Under the pieces are notes generated by a model. It ran no database searches and was not told the DNA's origin. It saw nothing but the letters and a program-made list of their open reading frames with translations. From Terriglobia bacterium (GTDB lineage: Bacteria > Acidobacteriota > Polarisedimenticolia > Polarisedimenticolales > JAIQFR01): 64,000 bases of DNA. Positions 30,460 to 40,931 of the stretch are shown here, piece after piece (position 1 is the first letter of the stretch; the number at the start of each line of letters is the position of its first letter). The translations under genes and the position numbers were made by a program. The stretch covers positions 128,001 through 192,000 of the forward strand of contig CAVVHE010000006.1 in NCBI GenBank assembly GCA_963748015.1, in the 5' to 3' direction.

Positions 30460-31189
30460 CTACACGAGCCGGCGCAGAACGCTCGCGCCGACGCCCAGCC
30501 CGAGAAGCACGAGACCCGAAAGGCCGACAAGCGGCAGCGAGCTTCCGGTCTTGGGGAGCTTGGCGAGGCTCGGCCGGCGGCGGCGGGGGCGGGGGAGCAG
30601 GCGCCGCGACCGGAGCGGGTTTCGGCGGGGGAGGCGGCGGCGGGGGCTGCGCGACGAAGACCTTCAGGTCCTGGTCGGTGATGATCTCCGGCGGGTGTTT
30701 CGTCACGATCGTCGCGGTGAGGCGGTCGCCCGGCTTCAGCTTGCTGGGCTCGACCTCCTTGCCGCCCACCAGGACGACCACGTTCCTGGTCCTGAGCTCC
30801 TGGACGGTGAACTTCTTCAGCTCCTTCGTCTGGAGGTCCCGAACGACGACCACGCCGGCCGTGCTGTAGACGACCTCCGCCTCGCGCACGTCGGTGGTCG
30901 TCACGTCGATCGGCGTCTCGGTGGTGGTGATCATCGCCGTGTACTTCATGCCCGGCTTCAGGTCGCGGACGGAGAGCTTCTGCCCGTTCATGTCGAACCG
31001 GTAGTTGTCCGGGACGACGAACTGCTTCACGCCCTGCGGCCCGCGAACGGTCACCACGTTGCCTTCCACCGCCAGCACTTCTCCGTTGCGAAGCTCCATT
31101 GTCGTGGTCTGGGCGCTCGCAGGAGTCACGAGGGCCGGGCTCGCCGCGGCGACCGTCAGCAGTAAAGCGATAAGGAACACACGTCTCAT
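30460..31189 (-). CDS. Exported protein with Pro-rich linker and LPKTG sorting signal (+1 frameshift near 30566)
   Basis: Signal peptide, poly-Pro stretch; removing one base gives AEPAKLPKTGSSLPLVGLSGLVLLGLGVGASVLRRLV*. Confidence 0.78.
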
Positions 31190-31396
31190 CTTCGACCTCC
31201 TTCACTGGGCGTCTGCAACGCCCCGGACAAACAAGAAACGCCGCCCGCTGTCCCGAGCGATTCTCAACCAAAACAGCCGCGCGGGCGCGCCGCTTCGTGG
31301 GCCATGGAGCGGAACAGTACGACGATAGACCCGTCGAGAAGGCCTGACAATAGGCTTTTCGTTCCCGGGGCCCATCGAGCTCTCTGTCGCGGCGCA

Positions 31397-31414
31397 CTAG
31401 TAAAACTACGAGTT
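31397..31414. promoter_or_regulatory. Recurrent palindromic operator-like motif
   Basis: CTAGTAAAACTACGAGTT in the divergent intergenic region 31190-31641. Confidence 0.6.
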
Positions 31415-31641
31415 GCAGGAACCGAGGGGAACTGGCAGCATCCCGGCAGTGATTCGTTCGCGATGCCCACGGGTAGAAGCTGAGGTGTGCCCAAGAAACG
31501 CTCGGCGCGGTTCTCGCCGCGAAATGGCCGGGCGGCTCCGCCTCGTGGATACCGCGAAGAAGTCGAAGTGCCTCGTCCGGGTGAATCGGCCCCCCCCGGG
31601 CTGCCTGCAAGTCACATAAATGGGCCTGGAGGGAATCCGAC

Positions 31642-33042
31642 ATGAGATTCAGGACGATTGCGGGAATCGTTTCCATCGTGGTGACCGTGCTGTTGCTTGC
31701 GACCACCTCGGCGCCGGCGGCGGACTTGACGCTCAACGCCGTGCTCTATCCGGACGGCCAGAAGGCCGACGTCACGTTCCAGACGACGGATCGCGCGCCG
31801 AAGGCGAAGCTCACCGGCACGGTGCGTTCGCAGCAGGGCCAGTCGCAGATCGAGGTCTCCTGGAGCAAGCTCGAGCCGGCGCTGCTCTTCGGCGGCGACA
31901 TCAACTGCTGGGTCCTCTGGACCATCACCCCCGACGGGACGGCCCAAGCGCTCGGCGAGCTTCCCGTGCGGGACGACCGGAGCGGGGATGCCAAGTTCTC
32001 GACGCCGTTCAAGCAGTTCGCCCTGGTCGTCACGGCGGAGCCTCTCCCCGTCGTCCGGCGGGTCTCGGAGCTCGTCGCGTTCGTCTCGTTGCCCTCGAAG
32101 GAGAAGCTCGCGAAGAACTCCACCTTCGCCTTCGGCGCTTTCCGTACGGGCACGAAGCGCGACAACGAGTCCATCGCCGGCCTCGAGTACAAGGACAAGA
32201 TCCCGGTGGAGCTCCAGCAAGCCCGGAAGGCGATCGCGCTGATGGACCGCTACGAGGCGGAGAAGTACGCGCAGCAGGCGGCACGGGACGCGCGGGTCGC
32301 CTTGGGACAGGCCGAAGACGCCTACTCGGGCCGGGTGGGGAAGAGCAAGGACGTGCCGGAGCTTTCCCTCCGCACCCTCGCCCTCGCATCGGAGGCCGTG
32401 CGGGTGGCGCTGAAGCAGATCGACGCGCAGAAGGTGAAGGATGCCGAGGCCAAGCAGCTCGCCGCGCTGGCCGAGAAGCAGGCCGAGACCGAGGCGGAAA
32501 AAGCGGCGCGCATGAAGACCGAGGCGGACCTCGCGTCGGTTCAGGCGCAGCAGCAGGCCCTGAAGATCGAGATGGCGCGGATCGCGGCGGATCGCGAGCA
32601 GATCCGGCAGGAACGGGACGCTCTCGCGAAGCGGCTGTCCGGCGCCCTTGGCACGGTGTCGGCCACCGAGCGCACGGCTCGGGGGCTCGTGGTGAGCCTC
32701 TCGGGGGGTATCCTCTTCGAGACGGGGAAGTCGGACCTCAAGGCCGGCGCCAAGATCTCCCTCGCCAAGCTCTCCGGGATCCTGCTCATGATCCCGACCG
32801 CGAACATCCAGGTCGAGGGGCACACCGACTCGACGGGAACCGAGGCGACGAACGTCAAGCTGTCCCAGGATCGGGCGTCGTCGGTGATGGACTTCATGAA
32901 GGCGCAGGGTGTCGACGGGACGCGGATGACGGCCAAGGGGCTCGCCGCGGCCCAACCCGTGGCGTCGAACGACACCCCCGACGGGCGGGCCAAGAACCGC
33001 CGCGTCGAGATCGTCGTTCCCGAGGATAACGCGGCGAAGTGA
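31642..33042 (+). CDS. OmpA-family peptidoglycan-binding protein with coiled-coil
   Basis: ILFETGKSDL, VEGHTDSTG, N.KLSQDRA, GRAKNRRVEIV; signal peptide. Confidence 0.9.
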   Translation: MRFRTIAGIVSIVVTVLLLATTSAPAADLTLNAVLYPDGQKADVTFQTTDRAPKAKLTGTVRSQQGQSQIEVSWSKLEPALLFGGDINCWVLWTITPDGTAQALGELPVRDDRSGDAKFSTPFKQFALVVTAEPLPVVRRVSELVAFVSLPSKEKLAKNSTFAFGAFRTGTKRDNESIAGLEYKDKIPVELQQARKAIALMDRYEAEKYAQQAARDARVALGQAEDAYSGRVGKSKDVPELSLRTLALASEAVRVALKQIDAQKVKDAEAKQLAALAEKQAETEAEKAARMKTEADLASVQAQQQALKIEMARIAADREQIRQERDALAKRLSGALGTVSATERTARGLVVSLSGGILFETGKSDLKAGAKISLAKLSGILLMIPTANIQVEGHTDSTGTEATNVKLSQDRASSVMDFMKAQGVDGTRMTAKGLAAAQPVASNDTPDGRAKNRRVEIVVPEDNAAK

Positions 33043-33086
33043 GGGGTTACGCTTCCGGCTCTTCCTGAGCGGGAAAAGAGTCGAAA

Positions 33087-33121
33087 TGGACCGGCCGGTT
33101 GGCCGCCAGCCGGCCGGTCCA
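33087..33121. terminator. Hairpin between convergent genes, probable terminator
   Basis: TGGACCGGCCGGTTGGC / GCCAGCCGGCCGGTCCA. Confidence 0.6.
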
Positions 33122-33134
33122 CTCGTTCGTTACA

Positions 33135-34148
33135 CTAGCGGGGCGTGACGGCGTAAGGGTTCGCGCCCAGCTTCTCGTCCACGAACTGGATCGCCTTCTG
33201 CGCCTTGACGCTGTTGCCCGCGGCGTCGAGCGGGGGCGAGATCACAGCGATCCCGAACTTCCCCGGCGAGACGGCGAGAATACCGCCGCCGACGCCGCTC
33301 TTCCCCGGCAGCCCCGTCTTGTAGAGCCATTTGCCGGAATCGTCGTAGAGGCCCGCGGTCGCCATGACGGCCAGGACCTCGGGGACGTTCTCGTTCTTCA
33401 TGACCTGCTTGCCGGTCACCGGGTTCTTCCCGCCGTTCGCGAGCGTGGCCGCCATCGTGGCGAGGTCCTTCGCGTTCACGCTGATGGCGCACTGCTCGGT
33501 GTAGATGTCGGTGGCCTGCAGCGGCTTGTCCTTGATGTGGCCGTAGGCGTACATGAGCATCGAGATCGCCTGGTTGCGCTGGTTCGTGTCGGCCTCGGAC
33601 TTGAAGACCTCCTGGTTGACCGACAGCGGCCGCCCCGCGAACTCCCCGTGCCAGGCCAGGATCTTCTTCCAGATCTCGTCGCGGCTCGCGCCCTTGACCA
33701 TGCTCGTCGTGGTGATGGCGCCGGGGTTCACCATCGCGTTCATCTCCGCGCCCTTGTACTGCTCGACCGCCACGATCGAGTTGAAGACCTGCCCGGTCGC
33801 GTCGACGCCCATGTTGTTGTAGATCGCGTCGGTGCCCTGCTCCTCCATCACCAGCGCCATCGTGAAGACCTTCGAGATCGACTGGATGGACACCTCGGAC
33901 TTGACATCGCCTGTGGTGTAGATCTTCCCGTCCACCGTCACGAGCGCGATGCCGAAGATCTTGGAGTCCACCTTGGCGAGCGCTGGGATGTAGTCGGCGT
34001 TCTTGCCTTCCTGGAGCCCGACGTACTTGTCGTACGCCGCCTTGAGCGCGGCATCGATGTCGGCCTTCGCCGGCGCCTGCGCGTACGCGGCCATCGTGGC
34101 GGCACACGCGATCAGGACGAGCGCTGCGATCAGGAATCGGTTCCGCAT
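33135..34148 (-). CDS. glsA: Glutaminase A with N-terminal signal peptide
   Basis: NADYIPALA, SIQSISK (SxxK), NAMVNPGAI, YTEQC, GLYDDSG, GLPGKSGVGGG, SPPLDAAGNSV. Confidence 0.93.
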   Translation of the reverse strand: MRNRFLIAALVLIACAATMAAYAQAPAKADIDAALKAAYDKYVGLQEGKNADYIPALAKVDSKIFGIALVTVDGKIYTTGDVKSEVSIQSISKVFTMALVMEEQGTDAIYNNMGVDATGQVFNSIVAVEQYKGAEMNAMVNPGAITTTSMVKGASRDEIWKKILAWHGEFAGRPLSVNQEVFKSEADTNQRNQAISMLMYAYGHIKDKPLQATDIYTEQCAISVNAKDLATMAATLANGGKNPVTGKQVMKNENVPEVLAVMATAGLYDDSGKWLYKTGLPGKSGVGGGILAVSPGKFGIAVISPPLDAAGNSVKAQKAIQFVDEKLGANPYAVTPR

Positions 34149-34154
34149 GACGGG

Positions 34155-35354
34155 CTATCCTCCGAACTTCATCGAGAAGTTGTACTTGAACGAGACCTGC
34201 AGGCGGTAGTCGTCCACCGTCCAGCCGTCCGAGTTGTTCTGGCGCTGGCCCCACTGGAACTCCGCCCCGTACATGACGCCCGGGACCGGAGTGCGGAGGA
34301 GGTTGACGAGCGCATACTGCCCCTTCTTGAACGCGCTCGACGACTGTCCGTCGCTGTTGTCGATGTCCACCATCGAGTAGCCGATGCTGGTGCTCAACTT
34401 GCTGCTCCACGAGTGGTCGAGGAAGGCCACGATGCCGAGGATCGGCAGCGGCTCGCCGGGGTCGGTCGGATCCTCCGTGATCCCGACGTCCACGGTGGCG
34501 TCGTTCATGTAGTTCTCGATCCCCTCGCCGTAGACGACCGACGCCCGGAGGACGTCATCCGAGAACTTGAAGTTCGTGCTCAGGTTCACGCCCCAGCCGA
34601 GCGCATCTCCCGATAGGTCGTAAACTCCCGGGTCCATGTCGTCCCACTTGATCTCGCGGAGAATGCCGGCCGCCTGGACGTGCCCCCACTTCCTCGTCAT
34701 CCGGTAGTGCGCGGAGAGGTCCGGGAGCGGGTAGCGGCCCTTGACCCGGCCGGGTTCGATGATATCGCTGTAGTTCCCGGCGTCACCGGAGGCGCCCGGC
34801 CGCTCTAGGGCCACGAACAGCTCGTCCTCGCCCTGCATGGGCATCCAGCGGATCTGGACGTTCCGGAAGAAGACCATGCCGCTCGGCCCCCAGTACTCGA
34901 TCGAGTTCGGGAACACGTCGATGTCCATGAACGGGCTCCAGGACTGGCCCGCGCCCCAGTGTCCCAGCTCTCCCCAGGCGTGCCGCAAGCGGATCGTCGT
35001 CTGCCCCGCGTCCGCGCCGACCCCGAACATCTCGAACTCGAAGATGGTCTTCAGCTCGCCGAGGGCCGTGGGGAAGTACCCCTTCACGCCGAGCCGGCTC
35101 TGGCGCACGCCGGCGTAGGTGTTTCCGTCCTTGCCCCACTGGTCCTTGTACTCAGGGAGCTTCGTCGGCCGCACCACGTCGAACCAGTCCGGGTCCGTCT
35201 GCTTGAAGTCGTACCCCATGTCCAGCATCGCGAAGCCGTAGAGCTCCACCTTCGGTTTTTCCTGCGCGAACGCAGGGATTGCCAGGACGGCGAGAACCGC
35301 CACCGCGACGACCGCGAGCGCGCCCGCCCGGCGTCTTACGATTCCACTCCGCAT
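34155..35354 (-). CDS. DcaP-like trimeric outer-membrane porin
   Basis: LYGFAMLD, RQSRLG, RLRHAWGELG, GQSWSPFMD, RNVQIRW, LPDL. Confidence 0.85.
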   Translation of the reverse strand: MRSGIVRRRAGALAVVAVAVLAVLAIPAFAQEKPKVELYGFAMLDMGYDFKQTDPDWFDVVRPTKLPEYKDQWGKDGNTYAGVRQSRLGVKGYFPTALGELKTIFEFEMFGVGADAGQTTIRLRHAWGELGHWGAGQSWSPFMDIDVFPNSIEYWGPSGMVFFRNVQIRWMPMQGEDELFVALERPGASGDAGNYSDIIEPGRVKGRYPLPDLSAHYRMTRKWGHVQAAGILREIKWDDMDPGVYDLSGDALGWGVNLSTNFKFSDDVLRASVVYGEGIENYMNDATVDVGITEDPTDPGEPLPILGIVAFLDHSWSSKLSTSIGYSMVDIDNSDGQSSSAFKKGQYALVNLLRTPVPGVMYGAEFQWGQRQNNSDGWTVDDYRLQVSFKYNFSMKFGG

Positions 35355-35370
35355 CTTGCCTCCTCCTTTG

Positions 35371-36453
35371 CTATCGGACGTTGGCTTTTTCCCAGGCCCG
35401 CACACGGCGGCGCGCCTCGTCGAACAGACGTTCGTAGTTTCCCTTCAGCAGCTTCTCCCTGGCCTCGGGGGTCAGCCTGGCCAGCAGGGGAGCGTACATG
35501 TCGTAGACCTTCAGGTATTTCTTCTGATCGGACGGGGCCACCTCGTCCGTACCGAAGAGAAATCGGTCGGGGTGGCGGTTGATCACGTCGGCCGTGGCCT
35601 GGGTCGCCTCGGGGCTCGACACCACGTACTTCGCGACCTCGTCCCACGAGATGTCGAAGTAGACGTGCGCGAGCTCCGGATTGTTGATCGCCCGCTCGAT
35701 GATCCCGAGCTGGTCGTGAATGGGGTGGACGATGCGGCCGAGACCGATGTGCGCCCAGATGGTCGTGGTTCGCGGGTGCCGCTTGAAGAGGTCCCGGAGC
35801 TGATAAACCTGGTAGGGCTCTTGTCCCGGCTTCGGGAACGGGGTGTCGATGTCGCTGTGGAGGAGCACGACGAGCCCCGCCTCCGCGGCGAAATCGAAGA
35901 TCCGGTCCAGCGCGGGGTTCGTGAGGCTCGCCGTCTCCCCCGCGATCTTGGCCGACACGAACTCCTTGTGGATCGTGAACTCGCCGATCCCCGAAAACAC
36001 TCCGGGAAACGTCGTCAGCACGCGCTTGATGTGGTCCACCGCGTACATGTCCGCCGGGTTGAACCCCGTGATCATCGGGTCGAATCGGGCCTGCTCCTCC
36101 TTCGTGAGGGACCTATACGCCATCGCGATGAAGGCGTCGGTGAAGGAGTAGTAGTAGAGCGGCGCGTCGGTCTGCAGGTAGTAGGTCGGGGCGAAGTCGC
36201 CGGTGTTCCCGTACGACCAGGTCTGCTGCAGCGGCAGGCCGAACAGCGTGGACCGGCCGACCTTGTCCCCCATGATCTTCAGGAACTCGCGGATGTCCGT
36301 GCCCTGCTGGACGTAGTTCGTCAAATGGAGGTGCGCGTCGTTCACGACGTAACCGTCCGCGCCGGCCGCAACGGCGGCCGAGCGCCCGGCGGCGAGCACG
36401 AGCCCGACCGAGATGACGGCGACGCAGATCCACCGGTTCCGGACGTGTCTCAT
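35371..36453 (-). CDS. Exported amidohydrolase-superfamily protein
   Basis: Signal peptide; DAHLH, GIGEF, LLHSD, WAHIG, FLFGTD TIM-barrel metal motifs. Confidence 0.85.
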   Translation of the reverse strand: MRHVRNRWICVAVISVGLVLAAGRSAAVAAGADGYVVNDAHLHLTNYVQQGTDIREFLKIMGDKVGRSTLFGLPLQQTWSYGNTGDFAPTYYLQTDAPLYYYSFTDAFIAMAYRSLTKEEQARFDPMITGFNPADMYAVDHIKRVLTTFPGVFSGIGEFTIHKEFVSAKIAGETASLTNPALDRIFDFAAEAGLVVLLHSDIDTPFPKPGQEPYQVYQLRDLFKRHPRTTTIWAHIGLGRIVHPIHDQLGIIERAINNPELAHVYFDISWDEVAKYVVSSPEATQATADVINRHPDRFLFGTDEVAPSDQKKYLKVYDMYAPLLARLTPEAREKLLKGNYERLFDEARRRVRAWEKANVR

Positions 36454-36469
36454 GATCCGACTCCTTCCG

Positions 36470-38026
36470 TCAGAACAGAATCGACGTGGCCACCGAAACC
36501 GTCGGCCCCTTCTGCCCGCCCACGTAGAAGCCGAACGTGCTGCTGGCCGGGGAGCGGTCCACGCGCATGAACTGCAGGTTCGACCGAATGTTTCGGGAGT
36601 CGAACCAGAAGTAGTTCATGCCCAGGAGGTACTCGTGGCTCGTCTTGAACCCGGCGCTCTCGTCGCCAAACACCCACGACGTCGCGCCGTACACCTCGAG
36701 CTTCTTCTTGATCGGGTAGCCGGCGGCCTGCACGTAGAAGCCGGTGTCGACGATCTCCGTGACCGGAATCGGCCCGTCCGCCTTGAAGCCGTTGAGCCAC
36801 CGCTTGTACATCTCGACCTGGACGAAGATACCGCGGTACTTCACGCCGGCGTCCACCGACAGGAGGCGAACGTCGGCCTCTTGCACGGTGAAGCCCGTGG
36901 CCAGCGAGCCCGTGTCGAAGAGGTTGAGGCTGTCGGCGATCTTCACCTGGGTGTTCTCGGGCGTGCCGTCCGCCTGTTCTTGCCGGTCCTCCCCGCTCCT
37001 GGCCACCGAGAATCCGAACCGCGTCGCCACCTTCTCGTGGTACTCCCAGTCGTCGTACGCGCCGTTCGGGCCGAACTCGTGCGTCGTCGGCATCCACCAC
37101 ATCGACCCGCCGGTGGCGAGGCTCCTGTTGAGCTGCTTGGCGGTGATGCCGAGATTGCTCAGGTTGTTGCCGACGGCGAGCTGGTACCAGAGGCCCGGCG
37201 CCACCTCGCCGTTGGCCCAGATGCCGTTGGTGAACGCGCCCCGGAAGAACTCGTCGGCCATGACGCGGTCGTTGGCCAGCCAGAACGGGTGGGATCCGTA
37301 CAGCGAGCGGCTTCCCCCGATCCCGTTCGTGCCGCCGTAGAGGTTGAAGTACTTGTTGAACTGGTAACCGAAGAAGCCGTACAGGGTCGTCTGGTCGGTC
37401 GACTGGACGGTCCAGATGGTGATCTGGTAGCGGAACTTCGGCGAGCCGAGCCACCCTCGGAAATGGACCATCGCACGGTGAAACTGGATGTCCCTGCGGG
37501 TGTCGATGGGGCGCACGCCCCCGAGGTGATCGGTGAACTCCTGTGTGGCCGGCATCTGGTTGATGTACCGCACGAGCGCGTAGCCGCCGATCTTCAACTC
37601 GCCGGCGCTCGTCCGGCCGACCAGGAAGCCCGAGCCGCTGGCGTCGAACACCCCATAGCTCGACCGTTCGGGCTCGTCCGGTCCCGCGTTGGGTCCACCG
37701 ATGAACTTCTCCTTCGCGCTCGCGGGCTCCGGGGGCGTGCCAGCCGCCTGCCCCAGCACGAACTCGCCGCCGCACCCATCCGAGACCCAGATGCCCTTGT
37801 CGTCGTAGCCCCACGTCTTGCCCAGGAGGCACGGCGCGGCTCCCGCGGCAGCGACGAGCGCGACGCCTGCCGACGTGTTGGCGGGGCAGTGATTGCGGCT
37901 GCCCGCGTCGGAGGAGCAGGTGATCTTCGAGCCGGGAGAGGCCGGCGGGGCGGCGAGTGCCGGCAGGAAACCGGCGCCCGCGAAGACTAGGATCAAGACC
38001 GTCAGGCCCTTCGAATACCCCGTCAC
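36470..38026 (-). CDS. DUF3011-like N-terminal domain plus porin-like beta-barrel
   Basis: ITCSS...HC...CLLGKTWGYD..GIWVSDGCGGEF, then amphipathic strands ending in F; GGAGG RBS before GTG. Confidence 0.75.
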   Translation of the reverse strand: MTGYSKGLTVLILVFAGAGFLPALAAPPASPGSKITCSSDAGSRNHCPANTSAGVALVAAAGAAPCLLGKTWGYDDKGIWVSDGCGGEFVLGQAAGTPPEPASAKEKFIGGPNAGPDEPERSSYGVFDASGSGFLVGRTSAGELKIGGYALVRYINQMPATQEFTDHLGGVRPIDTRRDIQFHRAMVHFRGWLGSPKFRYQITIWTVQSTDQTTLYGFFGYQFNKYFNLYGGTNGIGGSRSLYGSHPFWLANDRVMADEFFRGAFTNGIWANGEVAPGLWYQLAVGNNLSNLGITAKQLNRSLATGGSMWWMPTTHEFGPNGAYDDWEYHEKVATRFGFSVARSGEDRQEQADGTPENTQVKIADSLNLFDTGSLATGFTVQEADVRLLSVDAGVKYRGIFVQVEMYKRWLNGFKADGPIPVTEIVDTGFYVQAAGYPIKKKLEVYGATSWVFGDESAGFKTSHEYLLGMNYFWFDSRNIRSNLQFMRVDRSPASSTFGFYVGGQKGPTVSVATSILF

Positions 38027-38184
38027 GGATCTTCCTCCGTAGTTAGCGCCGCTCCGCGAGGAAAGGACAGCAAACCCCCGCGCGGACCGCGTCGGCGATC
38101 GGCCGGGAGCGCGCACCTCGCATTCGTTTCGGTTATCGTGGCCCCCAACCTCCGCGGATCATAGCGCGGGTCGGCGGTGCAGGG

Positions 38185-38202
38185 ACCTCGTAAAACTACC
38201 AG
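38185..38202. promoter_or_regulatory. Recurrent palindromic operator-like motif
   Basis: ACCTCGTAAAACTACCAG about 160 bp upstream of the 38026 start. Confidence 0.6.
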
Positions 38203-38255
38203 CACCGCTTGGGACGGACTATTTGCGGAGACGGGAAAGCGGTTCGGCGCTCCCG

Positions 38256-39857
38256 TCAGAACCTGAAGATTCCCACGACCTGGATCTGGTCGGACTCCCC
38301 GCGCTCGCCGTTCTTGTTCTCCCGCGTCCCGAATACGTACTCGCCTCCAACGTCGATCCGGTTCGTCGGGGAGAAGACGAGATTGACCGAGAGGCGATTG
38401 GTCGTCCGGTATGCGTCGTCCGGCTGGAAGGCGAGGTTGTCCACGGTGACGAAGCTCCAGATGAGCGACGAGCGGAGCTTCATGTCGCGTCCCAGCTTCC
38501 ACCCCTTCCACTGGTGCTCGTAGTCCACGTACCAGCCGGCGGCGGGAATCGTATAGAGGCGGCCGGTGTCGTCGAACGCTGCGTCCTGCCCGCCGAGCGA
38601 GTTGAGATCGTTGATGTAGCGCGCGTTCCCTTTTCCGAACGTCAGCTGGAAAATGAACCGGTCCGTCAGGTCGAAGTAGCGGAACGGCAGGACGCCGCTA
38701 ACACTCGCCCCCCACGCGAAGGCCGATTGCACGGCCCCCGGCGCCTCGGTCCACTCGCCGCGGATCTGGCGGAGGACGACGGCTCCCTGCAGGTGCCCGA
38801 TCTCCTTGAAGCTCCAGACGGAGCGGCCGATCAGGTCCGGGATCAGGTTCACCCCCTGCCCCCCGCTCAGGGAGACCTGCGGGGTTTCCGCGGCCGCCGC
38901 CACGCTGAGGTCGTCGTGCACCTGCCACGTGTAGCGGAACTGCGGCTGCCGGATCACGTTCTCGCCGTTGATCCCCTCGAAGTCCAGGTCCTGGTGGTCC
39001 GCGGACGGGTCCGAGAACGTGGACCACGTCTGGCCCATGAGCATCCCCTTGAACTGCGCGTACGCGTGACGGAGCCGGAACGCCGTCCGACTCTCCGAGG
39101 TCGCCCCGGTCGCGCCGTAGAAATCCCCCTCGAGGAACGCGCGCATCTGGCCGACGCCGGTCGGCGTGCGCATCTCGAAGTTCAGGCGGCTCGTGTTCGC
39201 GGAGAACGTGGTGCGCTTCCCCTTGCCCGCGGCCGCGTCCTCTGCGGTCACCGGGATCGAGTTGGTCAGGAACCGGTCCTCGGAGCCCAGGGGACCGAGG
39301 GTGAAGACAGCCGCCGTCCGGATACGGCCGCCGAACTTGATGGCGGCGTCGGTGCCCGGGACCCGCATCGAGCCGGGGAACTCCCCAGCGGACACCACGG
39401 TCGGAGGAAGCTCCGGCGGCTTCTGGGCCTCCGCCTCGATGCGCGCGAGACGCTTGGCAAGCTCCTCCTGCTCCTGTAGGCCGGGGACCTGCTGCGCGAG
39501 CTCGTCGAGGCGGCGGGTCAGCTCGGCGAGCTTCTGCTCCATGTCCGCCAGCTTCGTCTTCTGCTCATCGATGACGAGGGCCTGCTCGCCGATCTTCGAA
39601 TCCTGCTCGGCGATCTTCGCCTGCTGCTCGGCGACGAGCGTCCGCTGCGCCTCGACAAGAGCCCGCTGCTCCTCGAGCAGGCGCGCCAGCTCGGCGACGG
39701 TCGGCTTCTTCTTGGCGGGGGGCTTCGCGGCCTGCTTCGGAGGGGTCTTCGGCGGGTTTTCCGCCGCGGGCGCCGCGAGGGAGATCGTGAAGGACGCGAC
39801 GAGCGCGCCTAACGCAAGGCCGATCCGGGCGAATCGCTTCGAGAGGCTCCGTTCCAC
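38256..39857 (-). CDS. Second DcaP-like porin with long N-terminal coiled coil
   Basis: FPGSMRVPGTD, SRLNF, FLEGDF, RLRHAY, GQTWSTFSD, RQPQFRY; terminal FRF. Confidence 0.85.
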   Translation of the reverse strand: MERSLSKRFARIGLALGALVASFTISLAAPAAENPPKTPPKQAAKPPAKKKPTVAELARLLEEQRALVEAQRTLVAEQQAKIAEQDSKIGEQALVIDEQKTKLADMEQKLAELTRRLDELAQQVPGLQEQEELAKRLARIEAEAQKPPELPPTVVSAGEFPGSMRVPGTDAAIKFGGRIRTAAVFTLGPLGSEDRFLTNSIPVTAEDAAAGKGKRTTFSANTSRLNFEMRTPTGVGQMRAFLEGDFYGATGATSESRTAFRLRHAYAQFKGMLMGQTWSTFSDPSADHQDLDFEGINGENVIRQPQFRYTWQVHDDLSVAAAAETPQVSLSGGQGVNLIPDLIGRSVWSFKEIGHLQGAVVLRQIRGEWTEAPGAVQSAFAWGASVSGVLPFRYFDLTDRFIFQLTFGKGNARYINDLNSLGGQDAAFDDTGRLYTIPAAGWYVDYEHQWKGWKLGRDMKLRSSLIWSFVTVDNLAFQPDDAYRTTNRLSVNLVFSPTNRIDVGGEYVFGTRENKNGERGESDQIQVVGIFRF

Positions 39858-40064
39858 CGGGCTTCCTCCAGTCTATCGGGGGAGGATCATACCTTCGTCT
39901 TTCCCTTTCCTTGTCTCCCTTTTTCGTCCGGATTCCGCCGGCGACAGGGCGGCGGTCCGATCGGTTCCGAGCTTTGGAGCCGGGATGGTTGTGTGTCATC
40001 ATGTCGCTTTCCGCCGCGTCGGACCGACAGTGCTCGCGCGGCTTTCGAGACAGGAGGGATTCCC

Positions 40065-40739
40065 ATGACGGGTAAGCGTGCGGGAATGCTGGCCGTGCTC
40101 GCGGCGATCGCCGTGCTTGCCGGCTCGAGCGTCTGGGCGGTCGACGAGCCGGTCGTCGGTCACTTCTCCTTCGGGCCGAGCTTCCCGCAGGGAGACGCCA
40201 CCAAGGCCCTCAAGGATGGTTGGGCGATCCACGGCGGCGCGACCTGGTTCTCTCCGAGCAAGCCGGCGCTGGGCCTCCGGCTGGATTTCGGCATCGATTG
40301 GTACGACATGAAGGACGAGTTCCTGAGGGGGATCGACACGAACCCCGACACCGAGATCATCGAGCCGCCGGACAACGGCTACGGACGGGCCTGGTCGGCG
40401 ACCGCGGATCTCATGTGGAACCCCAGGAGCAAGGGCAAAGTAGGCGTGTATCTCGTCGCCGGTGCCGGTATCTACTACACCCAGGCTTGGCTTTCCGAAT
40501 ACGGCTACGGCACGGGCTACTATTGCGACCCGTGGTGGGGCTACTGCTACCCGTATGCGGGCACCGCCGAGTATCTGCTCGAATCCCAGTCCAACTGGGA
40601 GTGGGGTCTCAACGCCGGCATCGGGATGACGATCAAGATCAGCGAGAGGTCGGAGCTGTACCTGGAAACCGTCTATCACTGGATCGACACGAAGAACGGC
40701 GCCGAGATCCTCCCCGTGAGCCTCGGGTTCCGCTGGTAG
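40065..40739 (+). CDS. Outer-membrane beta-barrel with a CDPWWGYC loop
   Basis: Signal peptide; YLVAGAG, GLNAGIG, PVSLGFRW. Confidence 0.78.
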   Translation: MTGKRAGMLAVLAAIAVLAGSSVWAVDEPVVGHFSFGPSFPQGDATKALKDGWAIHGGATWFSPSKPALGLRLDFGIDWYDMKDEFLRGIDTNPDTEIIEPPDNGYGRAWSATADLMWNPRSKGKVGVYLVAGAGIYYTQAWLSEYGYGTGYYCDPWWGYCYPYAGTAEYLLESQSNWEWGLNAGIGMTIKISERSELYLETVYHWIDTKNGAEILPVSLGFRW

Positions 40740-40931
40740 CTTCGAGAGCCGTAGCATCCACCCGCCGGGCCGCGCGGCTCACGCGCCGCCCGGCGTCCGT
40801 CTTTTCCGGACCGTTCCCGCCGGGCGCGATCCTCGCGGACGACGTCACGGTTCTGGTCCTCGCGCGCGGGTGAATGCTGGCGGTACGGGCCTTGCGGGAT
40901 GTGGAGTCATGACGAGACGAGGGGTGTGCCG

